A stretch of DNA of 64,000 nucleotides from an uncultured Chloroflexia bacterium (GTDB lineage: Bacteria > Chloroflexota > UBA5177), in the NCBI GenBank assembly GCA_963737125.1, contig CAVTRL010000003.1:132204-196203 (forward strand), written 5' to 3'. Below the pieces are notes generated by a model. It saw only the letters and a list, made by a program, of their open reading frames with translations, did not search any database and was not told the origin of the DNA. A program made the position numbers and the translations under genes. Positions 32,975-43,429 of the stretch are shown piece after piece. Each line of letters opens with the position of its first letter. Within the stretch, counting starts at the first letter, position 1.

Positions 32975-34271
32975 GATGGATGACACAACGGCGGCAGCGC
33001 GGTGCTGTGACGAATATGGCGACTATCAGCGACGATTAGCGGCGTACCGCACCGATCGACGCGGCTTTCTCAAGACCACAATCGGGGCCATGGCGGCGGT
33101 ACCGTTCGCTCCGCATATGCTGCTCAATGCCAAGCTTGCGGCGCGCGCTTCCGGGACCACCGATTCAGGCCCGATTCTGGTGGTCATTCAGCTGGCCGGT
33201 GGAAACGACGGTTTGAACTGCATCGTGCCGTACAGCAGCGATCTGTACTACCACGATCGGCCGAACATCGCGGTTCCGGCGAAAAGCGTGCTGCCGATCG
33301 ATCAAAACGTGGGCTTCAACCCAAATCTGGCGGGAATGAAGGCGCTGTACGACCGAGGAAATGTCGCGGTGGTGCAGGGGGTTGGGTACGACAATCCGAG
33401 TCTGTCGCACTTCCAGGGCACGAGTATCTGGGAAACCGCCGATGTCACCGGAACGTCCACCACGGGTTGGCTCGGACGGTATCTCGATGCCGAGCTTGCC
33501 GGGAACGGCAACCCGCTCACCGCCATCAGCCTGGGCGCGTTGACGCCACAGACCCTGATCTCGACGCGCGCGCCCGTCACCACGGTTGAGAGCGTTGCGT
33601 CGTTCCGCTTTCAGGTCAGCCGGCAGGAGCCGAATGAGCTCATTGCCGCCTACAGTCGAATGTACCCGCAATCGCAGCTTGCTGCGCCGGATGGCATTCG
33701 GATGATACGGGCCGCGGGCGCGGACGCACAGAAGGGCGCGCACGATCTGGCGACGGTGGCGACCAATTACAAGTCGACCGTGACGTACCCACAGAATCCG
33801 CTCGCCCGGGAGCTGCAATTGGTCGCGCAGATCATTTCCGCCAACCTTGGGACCCGTATCTTTCACGTCACCCTCGGTGGCTTCGACGATCACGTGGCGG
33901 AAGTGTACACGCATGCAACCCTCATGAAGTACCTGGGCGACAGCTTGAATGCGTTCTATGCCGATCTCACGGCCCAGGGAAAGGCGGATGACGTGGTGAG
34001 CATGACGTTCAGCGAGTTCGGGCGGCGCGTCACCGAGAACGCCGGACGGGGGACGGATCACGGAACCGCGGCGCCGATGTTTGTAGTGGGAGGCAAGGTC
34101 AAAGGTGGGTTGTACGGCGACGATCCAATCCTCGGGAAGCTGGACAGTAACGGCGACCTGGTCTACGGCGTCGATTTCCGATCCGTGTACGGCACCGTGA
34201 TAGACGGGTGGATGAACGGCACGTCGAGCGACATCCTGGGCGGATCGTACGAACGGCTTCCATTTCTGTAA
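32975..34271 (+). CDS. DUF1501 family protein with Tat signal (sulfatase-like fold)
   Basis: Twin-arginine RRGFLKTTIGAMAAVPFA. VIQLAGGNDGLN and GGFDDH/GTDHG motifs typical of DUF1501. Always found paired with DUF1800. Confidence 0.75.
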
Positions 34272-34435
34272 AGGTCATGGCAGCGAAACGGGCGTAGTGA
34301 TGCCAGGCACGTCATGTGACCGCGCGATGACGCGGCTGTGGCGAGGAGCCCCAATCCACCGGGAGACGGAACTGACACCAGGACGGGTCTAGGCGTCTTC
34401 CGCACCGACCTCAAGGGCGGGACGGGCGCGGAGCA

Positions 34436-34824
34436 TCAAGCGACCCACGAGTTCTCTCGAGGCTTGAATGGCGACACGCCGGGCGCGCCGCGCGGCAACT
34501 CAGCGCCTGCCAGTCCGGTTTTCCCGCGATGGAGATCGGCGCCCTGTGCACCAGGTGAGTGCGCCAGGTGAGCTTGCGATCCCGACGTAGGACCGGCGCG
34601 CCGCCCCCTGGGAAGAGGATAGACGAACCGGCCGATGGTTGCCGAGGTCCAGCCAACAAGCCAGCCGAGGAAAAAATGAGTGTGCAGCGGGCGTGGCTCT
34701 CCGACTCTCCGGCGAGAACCAGCGCCCACACAACGATCCAGGGGACGAAGCAACCGATGCTGTACGCCGCGTACGAGTTCACGCGGCCTCGTCGATGGAA
34801 CGGGTGATCATTTGACGATTCCAT
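34436..34824 (-). CDS. Small 2-TM membrane protein (probable frameshift at a T6 run)
   Basis: RBS GAGGAG 7 nt before ATG (minus strand). MESSNDHPFHRRGRVNSYAAYSIGCFVPWIVVWALVLAG, then a second helix FFLGWLVGWTSATIGRFVY in an adjacent frame. Confidence 0.3.
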
Positions 34825-34867
34825 AGATTTCTCCTCGCTGGTCAAAATACGTACTTGCCACGCCGGC

Positions 34868-34900
34868 ATTAATGTGATATCTATTAGATATCACATTAAT
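34868..34900. promoter_or_regulatory. 33-bp perfect palindrome ATTAATGTGATATCTA-T-TAGATATCACATTAAT (candidate operator)
   Basis: Perfect inverted repeat, AT-rich in a 65% GC genome. It lies 24 nt upstream of the SPFH gene start, in a divergent promoter region. Confidence 0.6.
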
Positions 34901-34923
34901 ATCTATTAACCCAGGAGGCGATC

Positions 34924-35838
34924 ATGAACCAGCAGGATGAACTTGAAGTCGTGGCGAACGAGCCGGTCGGTCACGGCGGGGTACGGGTGGACATCAGGCA
35001 GCGGCCGGTGCCAATGGTAACCGGCTGGGTTGGAGTAGCACTACTTGTGGTCTGCGCCGCCGCAACCTACCTGGCGATACAGCGAGCGGCCGGTGGCTGG
35101 ACGGCGATCCCGATCGTCGCCTTCGTCGTAGTGCTGAGCACGATCGTTATCGTGCCTCCGGGGCAGAGCCAGGTCGTGCAGTTCTTCGGTTCCTACGTCG
35201 GTACCGTTCGACGCCCGGGATTCTGGTCGGTTCTGCCGCTAACCATACGCCGCGGAGTGAGCATACGGGTGCGGAACTTCGAGACAAACCGGCTGAAGGT
35301 CAACGATGCCGATGGCAATCCAGTCGAGATCGCCGCGATCGTCGTCTGGCAGGTCGCCGACTCAGCAAAGGCAGTGTTCGCAGTTGACGACTACAACGAC
35401 TTCATCACGGTACAGGCCGAGTCGGCGCTGCGGCACGTAGCCAACGGTCACCCATATGAAGATACCCAGGGATCGGGAACGTCGCTGCGCGGCTCAACCG
35501 ATGTAGTCGCGGCGCAACTGGCCGCGGAGGTGGCCCAGAGGGTGGTGGTCGCGGGCATCGAGGTCGTGGAAGTACGGATCAGCCATCTGGCCTATGCCAC
35601 TGAGATCGCCCAGGCCATGCTCCGTCGCCAGCAGGCAAACGCTGTGGTCGCCGCCCGATCGCGGATCGTCGAGGGCGCGGTCGGAATGGTGGAGATGGCA
35701 CTGAAACGGCTTTCGGAGCACGGCGTGGTGGAGCTCGACGAGGAACGTACGGCCGCGATGGTGAGCAACCTGATGGTGGTGCTCTGTGGCGATCAGTCGG
35801 CAACACCGGTCGTTAATACCGGCACGCTCTATTCGTGA
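34924..35838 (+). CDS. SPFH/band-7 domain membrane protein
   Basis: Two N-terminal TM helices and an SPFH core ([25 protein letters not shown]..., [10 protein letters not shown]). RBS GGAGG. Confidence 0.8.
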   Translation: MNQQDELEVVANEPVGHGGVRVDIRQRPVPMVTGWVGVALLVVCAAATYLAIQRAAGGWTAIPIVAFVVVLSTIVIVPPGQSQVVQFFGSYVGTVRRPGFWSVLPLTIRRGVSIRVRNFETNRLKVNDADGNPVEIAAIVVWQVADSAKAVFAVDDYNDFITVQAESALRHVANGHPYEDTQGSGTSLRGSTDVVAAQLAAEVAQRVVVAGIEVVEVRISHLAYATEIAQAMLRRQQANAVVAARSRIVEGAVGMVEMALKRLSEHGVVELDEERTAAMVSNLMVVLCGDQSATPVVNTGTLYS

Positions 35839-36056
35839 CCCGGGAACGGAAGCCGGTCCTCCTCCGTATGGACCCAGCGGTGCACGACGCACTGGCCCGC
35901 TGGGCCACGGACGAGTTCCGCAGTCTCAATGCCCAGATCGAGCTGCTCTTACGACGCTCGCTGGAGGATGCCGGCCGAATGCCGAAGGAGGTCAAACCAC
36001 TGCCTCGCCGGGGGCGGCCTAGGACGGACGAGCGTGAGCCGGTAGAAGCGGAGTGA
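35835..36056 (+). CDS. Arc/MetJ-type ribbon-helix-helix DNA-binding protein
   Basis: GTG start overlaps the SPFH stop (GTGA). PVLLRMDPAVHDALARWATDEFRSLNAQIELLLRRSLEDAG fits a β-α-α RHH. Basic C-terminal tail. Confidence 0.65.
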   Translation: MTRERKPVLLRMDPAVHDALARWATDEFRSLNAQIELLLRRSLEDAGRMPKEVKPLPRRGRPRTDEREPVEAE

Positions 36057-36102
36057 CCCGACTGAGCGGTAACCGAGGTAGCGACCAACGATTGGATGCG
36101 AT

Positions 36103-37446
36103 ATGAACGACATCAAGACCTTTGCAAAGCGGTGGAAAACCGCGAAGCGGCAGAGACCCGGAGGCAGAACGAGGACACCGCGGGGTGCTGTCGCGTTGAT
36201 GGCGATGCTGCTATCCGCTGCGGTCACCGCGTGCGGCTCATCCACGCCTCAGGTGGTGGCAGCCATCTCGGTCCACTCCGCCACTATCTCCGCTCCCGTC
36301 CAGACTGTGAAGACCAGGCTTGGCACCGTCGAGTACCGTGTCGTCGGCTCAGGACCGCCTTTGGTCATGATCCTTGGATATACCGCAACCCTGGAGATCT
36401 GGGATCCACGCTTCGTGGACGCGCTGGCGAAACATTACCGAGTGGTGCTCTTCAATAACGCGGGCATAGGTCGAACTCAGGCGCTCCACGGTCCTCTGAC
36501 GATCGATGCCATGGCCAATCAGACCAGCGCTCTCATTACTGCCCTGCACCTCAACCGGCCGAATGTCCTGGGGTGGTCGATGGGTGGCTTGATCGCGCAG
36601 GCTCTCGCCGTCCAACACCCGGCACAGGTTCGTCACCTGGTGCTGTGTGCCACCTATCCTGGTACCGGCCCGCTCGTACAACCTTCCCAGAAAGCTCTGC
36701 AAGCACCCTCGAGCCTATTTCCAACGGATCAGGGACTGGCCTATGAGGCGTACGGTCTCGAGACCTCTCTTTACCGGTCCAGGACCTCTGCCCCTGCGAA
36801 TGTCTCCACGGCCCAGTCAGACGCGATTCAGGTATGGTGGAACGGGCAGGATCCCGCCGGCCGTAAGACCGCGGCGATTTCAGCCCCGACGCTCATCGCC
36901 GACGGAACCGTCGATGGGAACGTGCCAATCGCCGACGACTATGCCCTCGCCAGGCTCATGCCGAAGGCGCAACTCGTGCTCTACCCGGATGCCGGACACT
37001 TTTTCCTGTTTCAGGAAGGGACAACCTTCACCTCCCGCATTCAATCGTTTCTTTCTGGAGCTCCCGGGCCTATGAGCACGGCCCAGATGCGGACGCGGCT
37101 GGCGGCGGATGAAACCCGGCTTGGCATCGCAAACGCGACCTGGGAACGCACGCTCAAGGCCCTGCCCGCCAAGTCCCATTTCAAGCAGGCCGTCCAGATG
37201 GACCAGGCCCTGTATAACTCGTTCGCCGCGTTCGACGCGGAGATTCTGCGATTCGGCGCGACCGGCACAATCGGCGCGGCGGTTTCAAGGCTGGCGGACG
37301 CCGATGTGACACGCGGCAACGCCGTCATCGCCTTTGCCGATCAATCTAAGTCGTATGTCACTGCCTGGAAGGCAACGAAGGCGCACGACGATGAGATGGT
37401 CCAGCAGGCTTCGATGGCGCTGCACCAGGCTCTGGGCATTCGGTAA
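36103..37446 (+). CDS. Lipoprotein alpha/beta hydrolase with C-terminal extension
   Basis: Signal peptide plus lipobox (AAVTACGSS). GWSMGG nucleophile elbow. DAGHFF near the catalytic His. Confidence 0.75.
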   Translation: MNDIKTFAKRWKTAKRQRPGGRTRTPRGAVALMAMLLSAAVTACGSSTPQVVAAISVHSATISAPVQTVKTRLGTVEYRVVGSGPPLVMILGYTATLEIWDPRFVDALAKHYRVVLFNNAGIGRTQALHGPLTIDAMANQTSALITALHLNRPNVLGWSMGGLIAQALAVQHPAQVRHLVLCATYPGTGPLVQPSQKALQAPSSLFPTDQGLAYEAYGLETSLYRSRTSAPANVSTAQSDAIQVWWNGQDPAGRKTAAISAPTLIADGTVDGNVPIADDYALARLMPKAQLVLYPDAGHFFLFQEGTTFTSRIQSFLSGAPGPMSTAQMRTRLAADETRLGIANATWERTLKALPAKSHFKQAVQMDQALYNSFAAFDAEILRFGATGTIGAAVSRLADADVTRGNAVIAFADQSKSYVTAWKATKAHDDEMVQQASMALHQALGIR

Positions 37447-37721
37447 ATCGAATGAGGTCGAGTGCGAGGCCAGAGTGTACTGCATTCAAGCGGCCGGGCA
37501 TCAGATAGCTTTGAAGAACGCTGCCAGGTAGCTTTGAAAATGCCCCCGGAGAGCCGTTGTGAAACAGGGCGTGCCGATAGTCTACATTCGTCGGCACGCC
37601 TGCCACAGTATGGCCGGCACGCTGTTCACGCGGAGTCTTCCTCGACCGGTTACGATTGGGCCAGATGCGCCTGGCACGGGTACACCTGAGGCGCCGCCCA
37701 TTCGTCAGTCGGATGTGAGCC

Positions 37722-38468
37722 TTGCGGTCATTTCTCTCGGACATGCGTGCCACGATCATGCCGGAACCACGCGGCAAATATGGACCGCTGCCGCTTCTGA
37801 TGGTGGCGATGACTGTCGTCACCGGGCTCGTCGATGCCTTCAGCTATCTGGTGCTCGGCCACGTGTTCGTCGCGAACATGACAGGAAACGTCGTGTTCCT
37901 GGGATTCGCCCTGGCCGGTGCACCGGGCCTCTCGATTACTGCATCGCTGGCCGCGCTGTTAGCCTTCGCGTTCGGGGCACTGATTGGCGGACGTCTGGGA
38001 GCGCGGCTCAGTCACCATCGAGGCAGGCTTTTAACCTCCAGCGCCACCGTGCAAGCCGTGTTACTCGCCGGATCGGCGGTTCTGGCCGCACTGAGCCCCA
38101 GCTCCGTGCCAAACGGGTACAAGTATTCATTGATTGTCGCGCTGGCCGTGGCGATGGGAGTTCAGAATGCGGCGTCCCGCAAGCTCGCGATACCCGACCT
38201 GACGACGACCGTTCTCACCCTCACGATTACCGGCATAGCAGCGGATAGCACCCTTGCCGGGGGAAAAGGATCGTTAGCCGGGCGCCGCCTGGTCGCGGTT
38301 GCTGCGATGTTGCTCGGGGCCTTTATCGGCGCGGCATTCGTCGTCCATCACCACACCGTGTTTCCTCTTGCCATCGCCGCTGTGGTCATCGGCGTGATAG
38401 CGGCGACGACGGCAGTGCTCGGCAGGAATGACCCTACCTGGGTGCATATCGAGCCGGCGGGGAAATAG
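37722..38468 (+). CDS. DUF1275 (YoaK-like) membrane protein
   Basis: LPLLMVAMTVVTGLVDAFSYLVLGHVFVANMTGNVVFLGFALAG is a typical DUF1275 N-terminus. Six TM helices. Alternative start at M37758. Confidence 0.7.
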   Translation: MRSFLSDMRATIMPEPRGKYGPLPLLMVAMTVVTGLVDAFSYLVLGHVFVANMTGNVVFLGFALAGAPGLSITASLAALLAFAFGALIGGRLGARLSHHRGRLLTSSATVQAVLLAGSAVLAALSPSSVPNGYKYSLIVALAVAMGVQNAASRKLAIPDLTTTVLTLTITGIAADSTLAGGKGSLAGRRLVAVAAMLLGAFIGAAFVVHHHTVFPLAIAAVVIGVIAATTAVLGRNDPTWVHIEPAGK

Positions 38469-38563
38469 CCGCCGGCCGGCGTCGGAGAATCTTCAGATAG
38501 GAGCAACGCGCGAACGGCCGGCACGAGGATCGGTGGCCGACGGTCACGTACCCGCGTGAGTTC

Positions 38564-38878
38564 TTACCAGAAGCCAAGCTCGAGCTTGGCATCCTCACTC
38601 ATCATCGCGGGGGTCCACGGCGGCTTCCAGACGAGGTTGACCTCGACGTCCTGGATACCTGGCACCGGTTCGAGCGCCTCCTTAACCGCGGCGTCGATAT
38701 ACTCGCTGAGCGGGCACATCGGCGTGGTCAAAGTCATGGTGATCGTGGCCTTCTGCTCCTCGATGCCGATTTCGTAGACCATGCCGAGATCCACGATGTT
38801 GACCCCGATCTCGGGATCGATGACTTCCCGCAGTGCTTCGCGCACCATTTCATCTACCGGCATTATGTCCGTCGTCAT
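38564..38878 (-). CDS. sufT: SufT/DUF59-type Fe-S assembly factor
   Basis: VREALREVIDPEIGVNIVDLGMVYEI...TLTTPMCPL motif. Last gene of the suf operon. Confidence 0.8.
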   Translation of the reverse strand: MTTDIMPVDEMVREALREVIDPEIGVNIVDLGMVYEIGIEEQKATITMTLTTPMCPLSEYIDAAVKEALEPVPGIQDVEVNLVWKPPWTPAMMSEDAKLELGFW

Positions 38879-38897
38879 GTCGTTCTCTCCTCTTGAC

Positions 38898-39224
38898 CTA
38901 CGACCCGCCGTTCCATTCGACGAAGAGCTTCCCATTTTCAAGCTTGACAGGATAGGAAGCCACCCCAACGATAGCGGGAAGACTGAGCACTTCACCCGTG
39001 GTCACATCAAATTGCGCACCGTGTAATGGACACTCGATCACTTCCCCCCAGAGGTCGCCTTCCGATAACGATGCCTCCTCGTGCGAGCAGGTGTCGGCGG
39101 TGGCATAGAAGCGGCCGTCGACGTTCCAGAGCGCGACCGGCACATCGTCAATCTCGACCCGTTTTGCCGTCCCCGGTGAAATTTCCAGCGCGTCGCACAC
39201 CTCGAGCCAGTTCCCAATCGCCAT
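38898..39224 (-). CDS. Rieske [2Fe-2S] ferredoxin-like protein within suf operon
   Basis: CSHEEASL...CPLHGAQF Rieske CxH...CxxH motifs. Confidence 0.8.
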   Translation of the reverse strand: MAIGNWLEVCDALEISPGTAKRVEIDDVPVALWNVDGRFYATADTCSHEEASLSEGDLWGEVIECPLHGAQFDVTTGEVLSLPAIVGVASYPVKLENGKLFVEWNGGS

Positions 39225-39230
39225 GGCGAG

Positions 39231-40550
39231 CTACCCGAGATCCATCTTTCGCGCGATGAGTCCACGCAGCTCGTCACGGATACTGTGCACCGGCTCGCGT
39301 TGCAACACGTCCTCGAAAAATCCTTCCACGATGATACGGGTTGCCTGGTCTTTGGGAAGGCCGCGGGACATGAGATAAAACAGCATGTCGGCGTCAACCT
39401 TGCCAACCGTGGCGCCGTGTGTGCATCGCACCTCGTTCGCCTCAATTTCCAGGTTAGGACTGGGATAGGCGGCGGCATGGTCGCTCAGCAAGATATTTCG
39501 ATTAGCCTGGTAGGCGTCCGTGCCGTGCGCGCCCTTCACCACGCGAATGCGACCGGAAAAGGTGGATTTCGCCTCGTCGGTCAGCGCGCCCTTGTAGAGC
39601 AGATCGCTCGTCGTATTCGGCGCGATATGATCCTGAACGGTGTGGTAATCGGTGTGCTGGGTTCCGTAGCCCCACAAAATACCGAGCATCTGCGTGCTGG
39701 CGCCGGCGCCGCGCAACGCGGCTTCGATGTTCGCTTTGGTGGTGCCGTTACCCATCCCGATTACCAGCCAGTTGAGCGTGGCGTCTCGATCTACCAGAGC
39801 GCGTTGCGCGCTGATGTCGTACACATCGCCCATCCACTCCTGAAGCGAGACGTAGGTGAGCTGTGCTCCCGGCCCAACGAATATCTCGACCACGCCGGCG
39901 TTGAGGGCCTGGCCGTCGAGAGGCGATGACGCGTACTCTTCGATAAAGCTGACACGTGCGCCCTCTTCGACCACGATGAGCGTGTGCGTGAAGAGCGCGG
40001 CCAACGGTGTGGTGAGCGTGTAGAGAGCGCGCAGCGGCAAGGCCACATCGGCGTGCTTGGGCACGTACAGGAACGTTCCGCCGCTCCACAACGCGCCATT
40101 GAGCGCCGAGAATTTGCCGTAATCCATTGGTATCGCTTCGGTCATGAAATACTGTTGAACGAGCTCGGGATGCTGGACCAGGGCGGTATCGAGATCGGTG
40201 TAGATTACTCCCTGAGCGGCAACAGCATCGCCGATCATGCTTTGAGCGGTCACGGAATTTCGGTGAGTTATCAGACCGCCTTGCGTATCGCCGAGACGTA
40301 GCGGCGATGCCACCGTGTCGCTACCGGCGTCAGTAAACGGCAGCAACGCCTCGAGCTTTAATTTGCCAATGTCGGTCCGACGCCAGCCTTCGTCCTGTCT
40401 CCCCGGCATCGGCAAGGAATTGAACACGTTCCAGCCGGCCATTCGCCGGTCCAGCATCCAGGAAGGCTCGTTCTTCGACGCCGAGATTTGCTCGACCGCG
40501 TCGAGCGTCAAGCCCGGACCAAGTGCAGCCACTGTCATAGAATCTCCCAA
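39231..40550 (-). CDS. sufD: Fe-S cluster assembly protein SufD
   Basis: Homology pattern to SufB/D C-terminal β-helix (NTSDLLYKGALTDEAKSTFSGRIRV...). Position between sufB and the Rieske gene. Confidence 0.85.
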   Translation of the reverse strand: MGDSMTVAALGPGLTLDAVEQISASKNEPSWMLDRRMAGWNVFNSLPMPGRQDEGWRRTDIGKLKLEALLPFTDAGSDTVASPLRLGDTQGGLITHRNSVTAQSMIGDAVAAQGVIYTDLDTALVQHPELVQQYFMTEAIPMDYGKFSALNGALWSGGTFLYVPKHADVALPLRALYTLTTPLAALFTHTLIVVEEGARVSFIEEYASSPLDGQALNAGVVEIFVGPGAQLTYVSLQEWMGDVYDISAQRALVDRDATLNWLVIGMGNGTTKANIEAALRGAGASTQMLGILWGYGTQHTDYHTVQDHIAPNTTSDLLYKGALTDEAKSTFSGRIRVVKGAHGTDAYQANRNILLSDHAAAYPSPNLEIEANEVRCTHGATVGKVDADMLFYLMSRGLPKDQATRIIVEGFFEDVLQREPVHSIRDELRGLIARKMDLG

Positions 40551-40643
40551 TCGTTCTTCATTGCACGGGCAGGGACGCGACGTATCGCGTCCCTGCCGGT
40601 AGGGGCGATGCGGATCACCGCGTCGCTCGAGTGAATCAGCGAG

Positions 40644-42053
40644 TTACCCGACGGATCCCTCCATCTCGAGCTCGATCAGGCGATTCAGCTCAATGGCGTA
40701 CTCCATCGGGAGCTCCTTGGCAATCGGCTCGATGAAACCGCGCACGATCATCGCGCGCGCTTCGACCTCTCCGATACCACGGCTCATGAGGTAGAAGAGC
40801 TGCTCTTCGCCGATCTTGCTGACGGTCGCCTCATGTGTCACGGCGACATCCTGCTCTTCGATTTCCATGTAGGGATACGTGTCGGAGCGGGACGCGTCAT
40901 CCAGCAGCAGCGCATCGCAGTTCACGTGGGATTTGCTGCCGGTCATGCCGGGATAGATTTTCACCAGGCCGCGATACGAGGTGCGGCCCGACCCCTTGCT
41001 GATGGACTTCGACGATATGGTACCGGTGGTGTTGGGGGCCGCGTGCACGATTTTGCCGCCCGCATCCTGATGCTGGCCATCGCCGGCGAAGGCCACCGAG
41101 AGGATTTCGCCTTTGGCACCCGGCTCGAGCAGGAAGCAGCTGGGATATTTCATGGTGAGCTTGCTTCCCAGGTTGCCGTCGACCCATTCCATCGTGCCGT
41201 CGGCATACACTGACGTCCGCTTGGTCACGAGGTTGTACACGTTCTTCGACCAGTTCTGGATGGTCGTGTAGCGAACACGCGCGCCGCGCTTGACAATGAT
41301 CTCGACCACGGCGCTGTGCAACGAGTCGCTGCTGTAGGTCGGCGCGGTGCATCCTTCGACGTAATGCACGTAGCTACCCGGCTCGGCGATGATGAGCGTC
41401 CGCTCGAACTGGCCGGCGTTTTCGGCGTTGATCCGGAAATATGCCTGCAGCGGAATCTCGACGTGCACGCCTTCCGGCACGTAGACAAAGCTGCCGCCAC
41501 TCCAGACGGCGCTGTTGAGCGCCGCGAGCTTGTTGTCGGCGGGAGGAATAACCGTCCCAAAGTACTGCTGCACGATTTCAGGGTTTTCGCGCAGGCCGCT
41601 GTCCATATCCTTGAAGATGACGCCCTGCGCCTCCAGGTCCTCGCGGAGGCTGTGGTATACCACTTCCGACTCGTACTGAGCGCCCACGCCGGCCAGGAAC
41701 TTTCGTTCCGCTTCCGGAATGCCAAGACGATCGAAGGTAGTTTTAATGTCCTTCGGAACATCTTCCCAGGTGCGTCCCTGATTTTCCATCGGCTTGATGT
41801 AGTAAAAAATGTTCTGGAAATCGATCTCGTTCAGGTTACCGCCCCACTGCGGCAGCGGCTTCTTTTCAAACGTGCGATACGCGCGCAATCGGAAATCAAG
41901 CATCCACTGCGGCTCGTTTTTCATGCGCGAGATTTCTTCCACGGTTGCGCGGTCGAGACCGCGCTTCGATTTGAACGCGTAGTCCTCGGGCATGTTGAAC
42001 CCGAATTTGTAGTCCCCGAGCTCGTCGAGGCGAGCCTGCTGATCCAGTGCCAT
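40644..42053 (-). CDS. sufB: Fe-S cluster assembly protein SufB
   Basis: Highly conserved SufB motifs ([71 protein letters not shown]). Confidence 0.95.
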   Translation of the reverse strand: MALDQQARLDELGDYKFGFNMPEDYAFKSKRGLDRATVEEISRMKNEPQWMLDFRLRAYRTFEKKPLPQWGGNLNEIDFQNIFYYIKPMENQGRTWEDVPKDIKTTFDRLGIPEAERKFLAGVGAQYESEVVYHSLREDLEAQGVIFKDMDSGLRENPEIVQQYFGTVIPPADNKLAALNSAVWSGGSFVYVPEGVHVEIPLQAYFRINAENAGQFERTLIIAEPGSYVHYVEGCTAPTYSSDSLHSAVVEIIVKRGARVRYTTIQNWSKNVYNLVTKRTSVYADGTMEWVDGNLGSKLTMKYPSCFLLEPGAKGEILSVAFAGDGQHQDAGGKIVHAAPNTTGTISSKSISKGSGRTSYRGLVKIYPGMTGSKSHVNCDALLLDDASRSDTYPYMEIEEQDVAVTHEATVSKIGEEQLFYLMSRGIGEVEARAMIVRGFIEPIAKELPMEYAIELNRLIELEMEGSVG

Positions 42054-42085
42054 GTGATCTCCTCCGCTATACTGCGCGACTTCGG

Positions 42086-42859
42086 TCAGACATTCGTCGT
42101 AACCGGTTCTTTCTCGATCAGATATTCGTCGTAACCGGTCTTTTCGAGCTCAAGCGCCAGCTCGGAGCCCCCTTCGCGAACGATCCGGCCCTTGACCAGA
42201 ACGTGCACGGAATCCGGTTTGATGTAATTCAGGAGCCTCTGATAGTGCGTGATGAGCAGCACTCCCATATCGGGACCGAGGAGCGCGTTAACGCCGTCGG
42301 CGACTATACGCAGGGCGTCGATATCGAGCCCGGAGTCGGTCTCATCCAGCACGGCATATTTCGGCCGGAGCATCGCCATCTGCAGTATTTCGGCGCGCTT
42401 CTTTTCACCACCCGAGAAGCCTTCATTCACGTAGCGGGCCGCAAATTCGTCGTTCATCTTCAGAATCGCCATCTGCTCGCGGAGCTTCTGCCGGAATTCA
42501 CGCGGCGGCATCGGCTTTTCGTTGACGGCATTTACCGCCGTTCGCAGGAAATTCGCCATGGTCACGCCAGGGATGGAGTGCGGGTACTGAAAGGCGAGAA
42601 ACAATCCGACTTTGGCTCGTTCGTTGGTGGGTAAGTCCACGACATTCTGACCGTTGACCAGAATGGAGCCTTCCGTCACTTCATAGTTGGGATGCCCCAT
42701 GAGGGTGTAGGCCAGCGTGCTCTTGCCCGATCCGTTCGGGCCCATGACGGCGTGGACCTTGCCCGGCTCGATTCTGAGAGTGAGGCCTTTCAATATCTCC
42801 GTGTCTTCAACTTTTACGTGCAGGTTATCGATAACCAGCTCATTCGAGGCGTCTGTCAT
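42086..42859 (-). CDS. sufC: Fe-S cluster assembly ATPase SufC
   Basis: Walker [10 protein letters not shown], signature FSGGEKKR, Walker [16 protein letters not shown]. Confidence 0.95.
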   Translation of the reverse strand: MTDASNELVIDNLHVKVEDTEILKGLTLRIEPGKVHAVMGPNGSGKSTLAYTLMGHPNYEVTEGSILVNGQNVVDLPTNERAKVGLFLAFQYPHSIPGVTMANFLRTAVNAVNEKPMPPREFRQKLREQMAILKMNDEFAARYVNEGFSGGEKKRAEILQMAMLRPKYAVLDETDSGLDIDALRIVADGVNALLGPDMGVLLITHYQRLLNYIKPDSVHVLVKGRIVREGGSELALELEKTGYDEYLIEKEPVTTNV

Positions 42860-43362
42860 AGGCGTGGTGCATTCCTTCCTTCTGATCCGGACCGAGTGAC
42901 CGGTTGCAAATAGATCGTGTCTTTGTCATGGAGTTGCCGCGAGTCGCCGTCGCGTGGAACCAGATCCGCCAGCGTCAGCGAGTCCAAGGCCTGGGCCACA
43001 CTGTCCCGCACCCTCTCCCACACGAGGTTCGCGCCGCAGATCGGGTGGCGTTCGCAGGGCTGAACGGTTTCGCCTTCGGTGGCGCAGATCATGGGTGAGA
43101 TCGGCCCCTCGAGGATTCGCATGACTTCTCCCACCGAGATGTCCACCGGACGTCGAGACAGCTCGTAGCCCCCGTGGGACCCATGCCGGCTTAGGACGAG
43201 CTGCGCCTTCCGCAAGCGCCCCACCAATTGCTCGAGATACGCCAGCGGCAGGGATTCATCTCTCGCGATGTCCGACAGCGAGCGCGCGCCTTCGCCGTAA
43301 TGCCGTGCCAGGTCCATCATCATGCGAAGTCCGTACTCACCGCGGGTAGAAAACCGAATCAC
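42856..43362 (-). CDS. Rrf2-family transcriptional regulator (IscR/SufR-like, 3-Cys cluster ligands)
   Basis: [43 protein letters not shown] (C-x8-C-x5-C). Overlaps the sufC start. Confidence 0.85.
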   Translation of the reverse strand: MIRFSTRGEYGLRMMMDLARHYGEGARSLSDIARDESLPLAYLEQLVGRLRKAQLVLSRHGSHGGYELSRRPVDISVGEVMRILEGPISPMICATEGETVQPCERHPICGANLVWERVRDSVAQALDSLTLADLVPRDGDSRQLHDKDTIYLQPVTRSGSEGRNAPRL

Positions 43363-43429
43363 TGTGCCACCATATCCGAGTAAATCTGTCGGACTTATTA
43401 TACTTCTTCCGCAGCCGGTATGATCGGCC
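43363..43429. promoter_or_regulatory. AT-rich divergent promoter with putative Rrf2 operator
   Basis: GAGTAAATCTGTCGGACTTATTATACTT lies between the Rrf2 start and the divergent 43430 gene. Confidence 0.3.

Noticed and set aside
33165-34061. 298-aa minus-strand ORF
   Set aside because: Antisense to the DUF1501 gene. Arg-rich shadow ORF.
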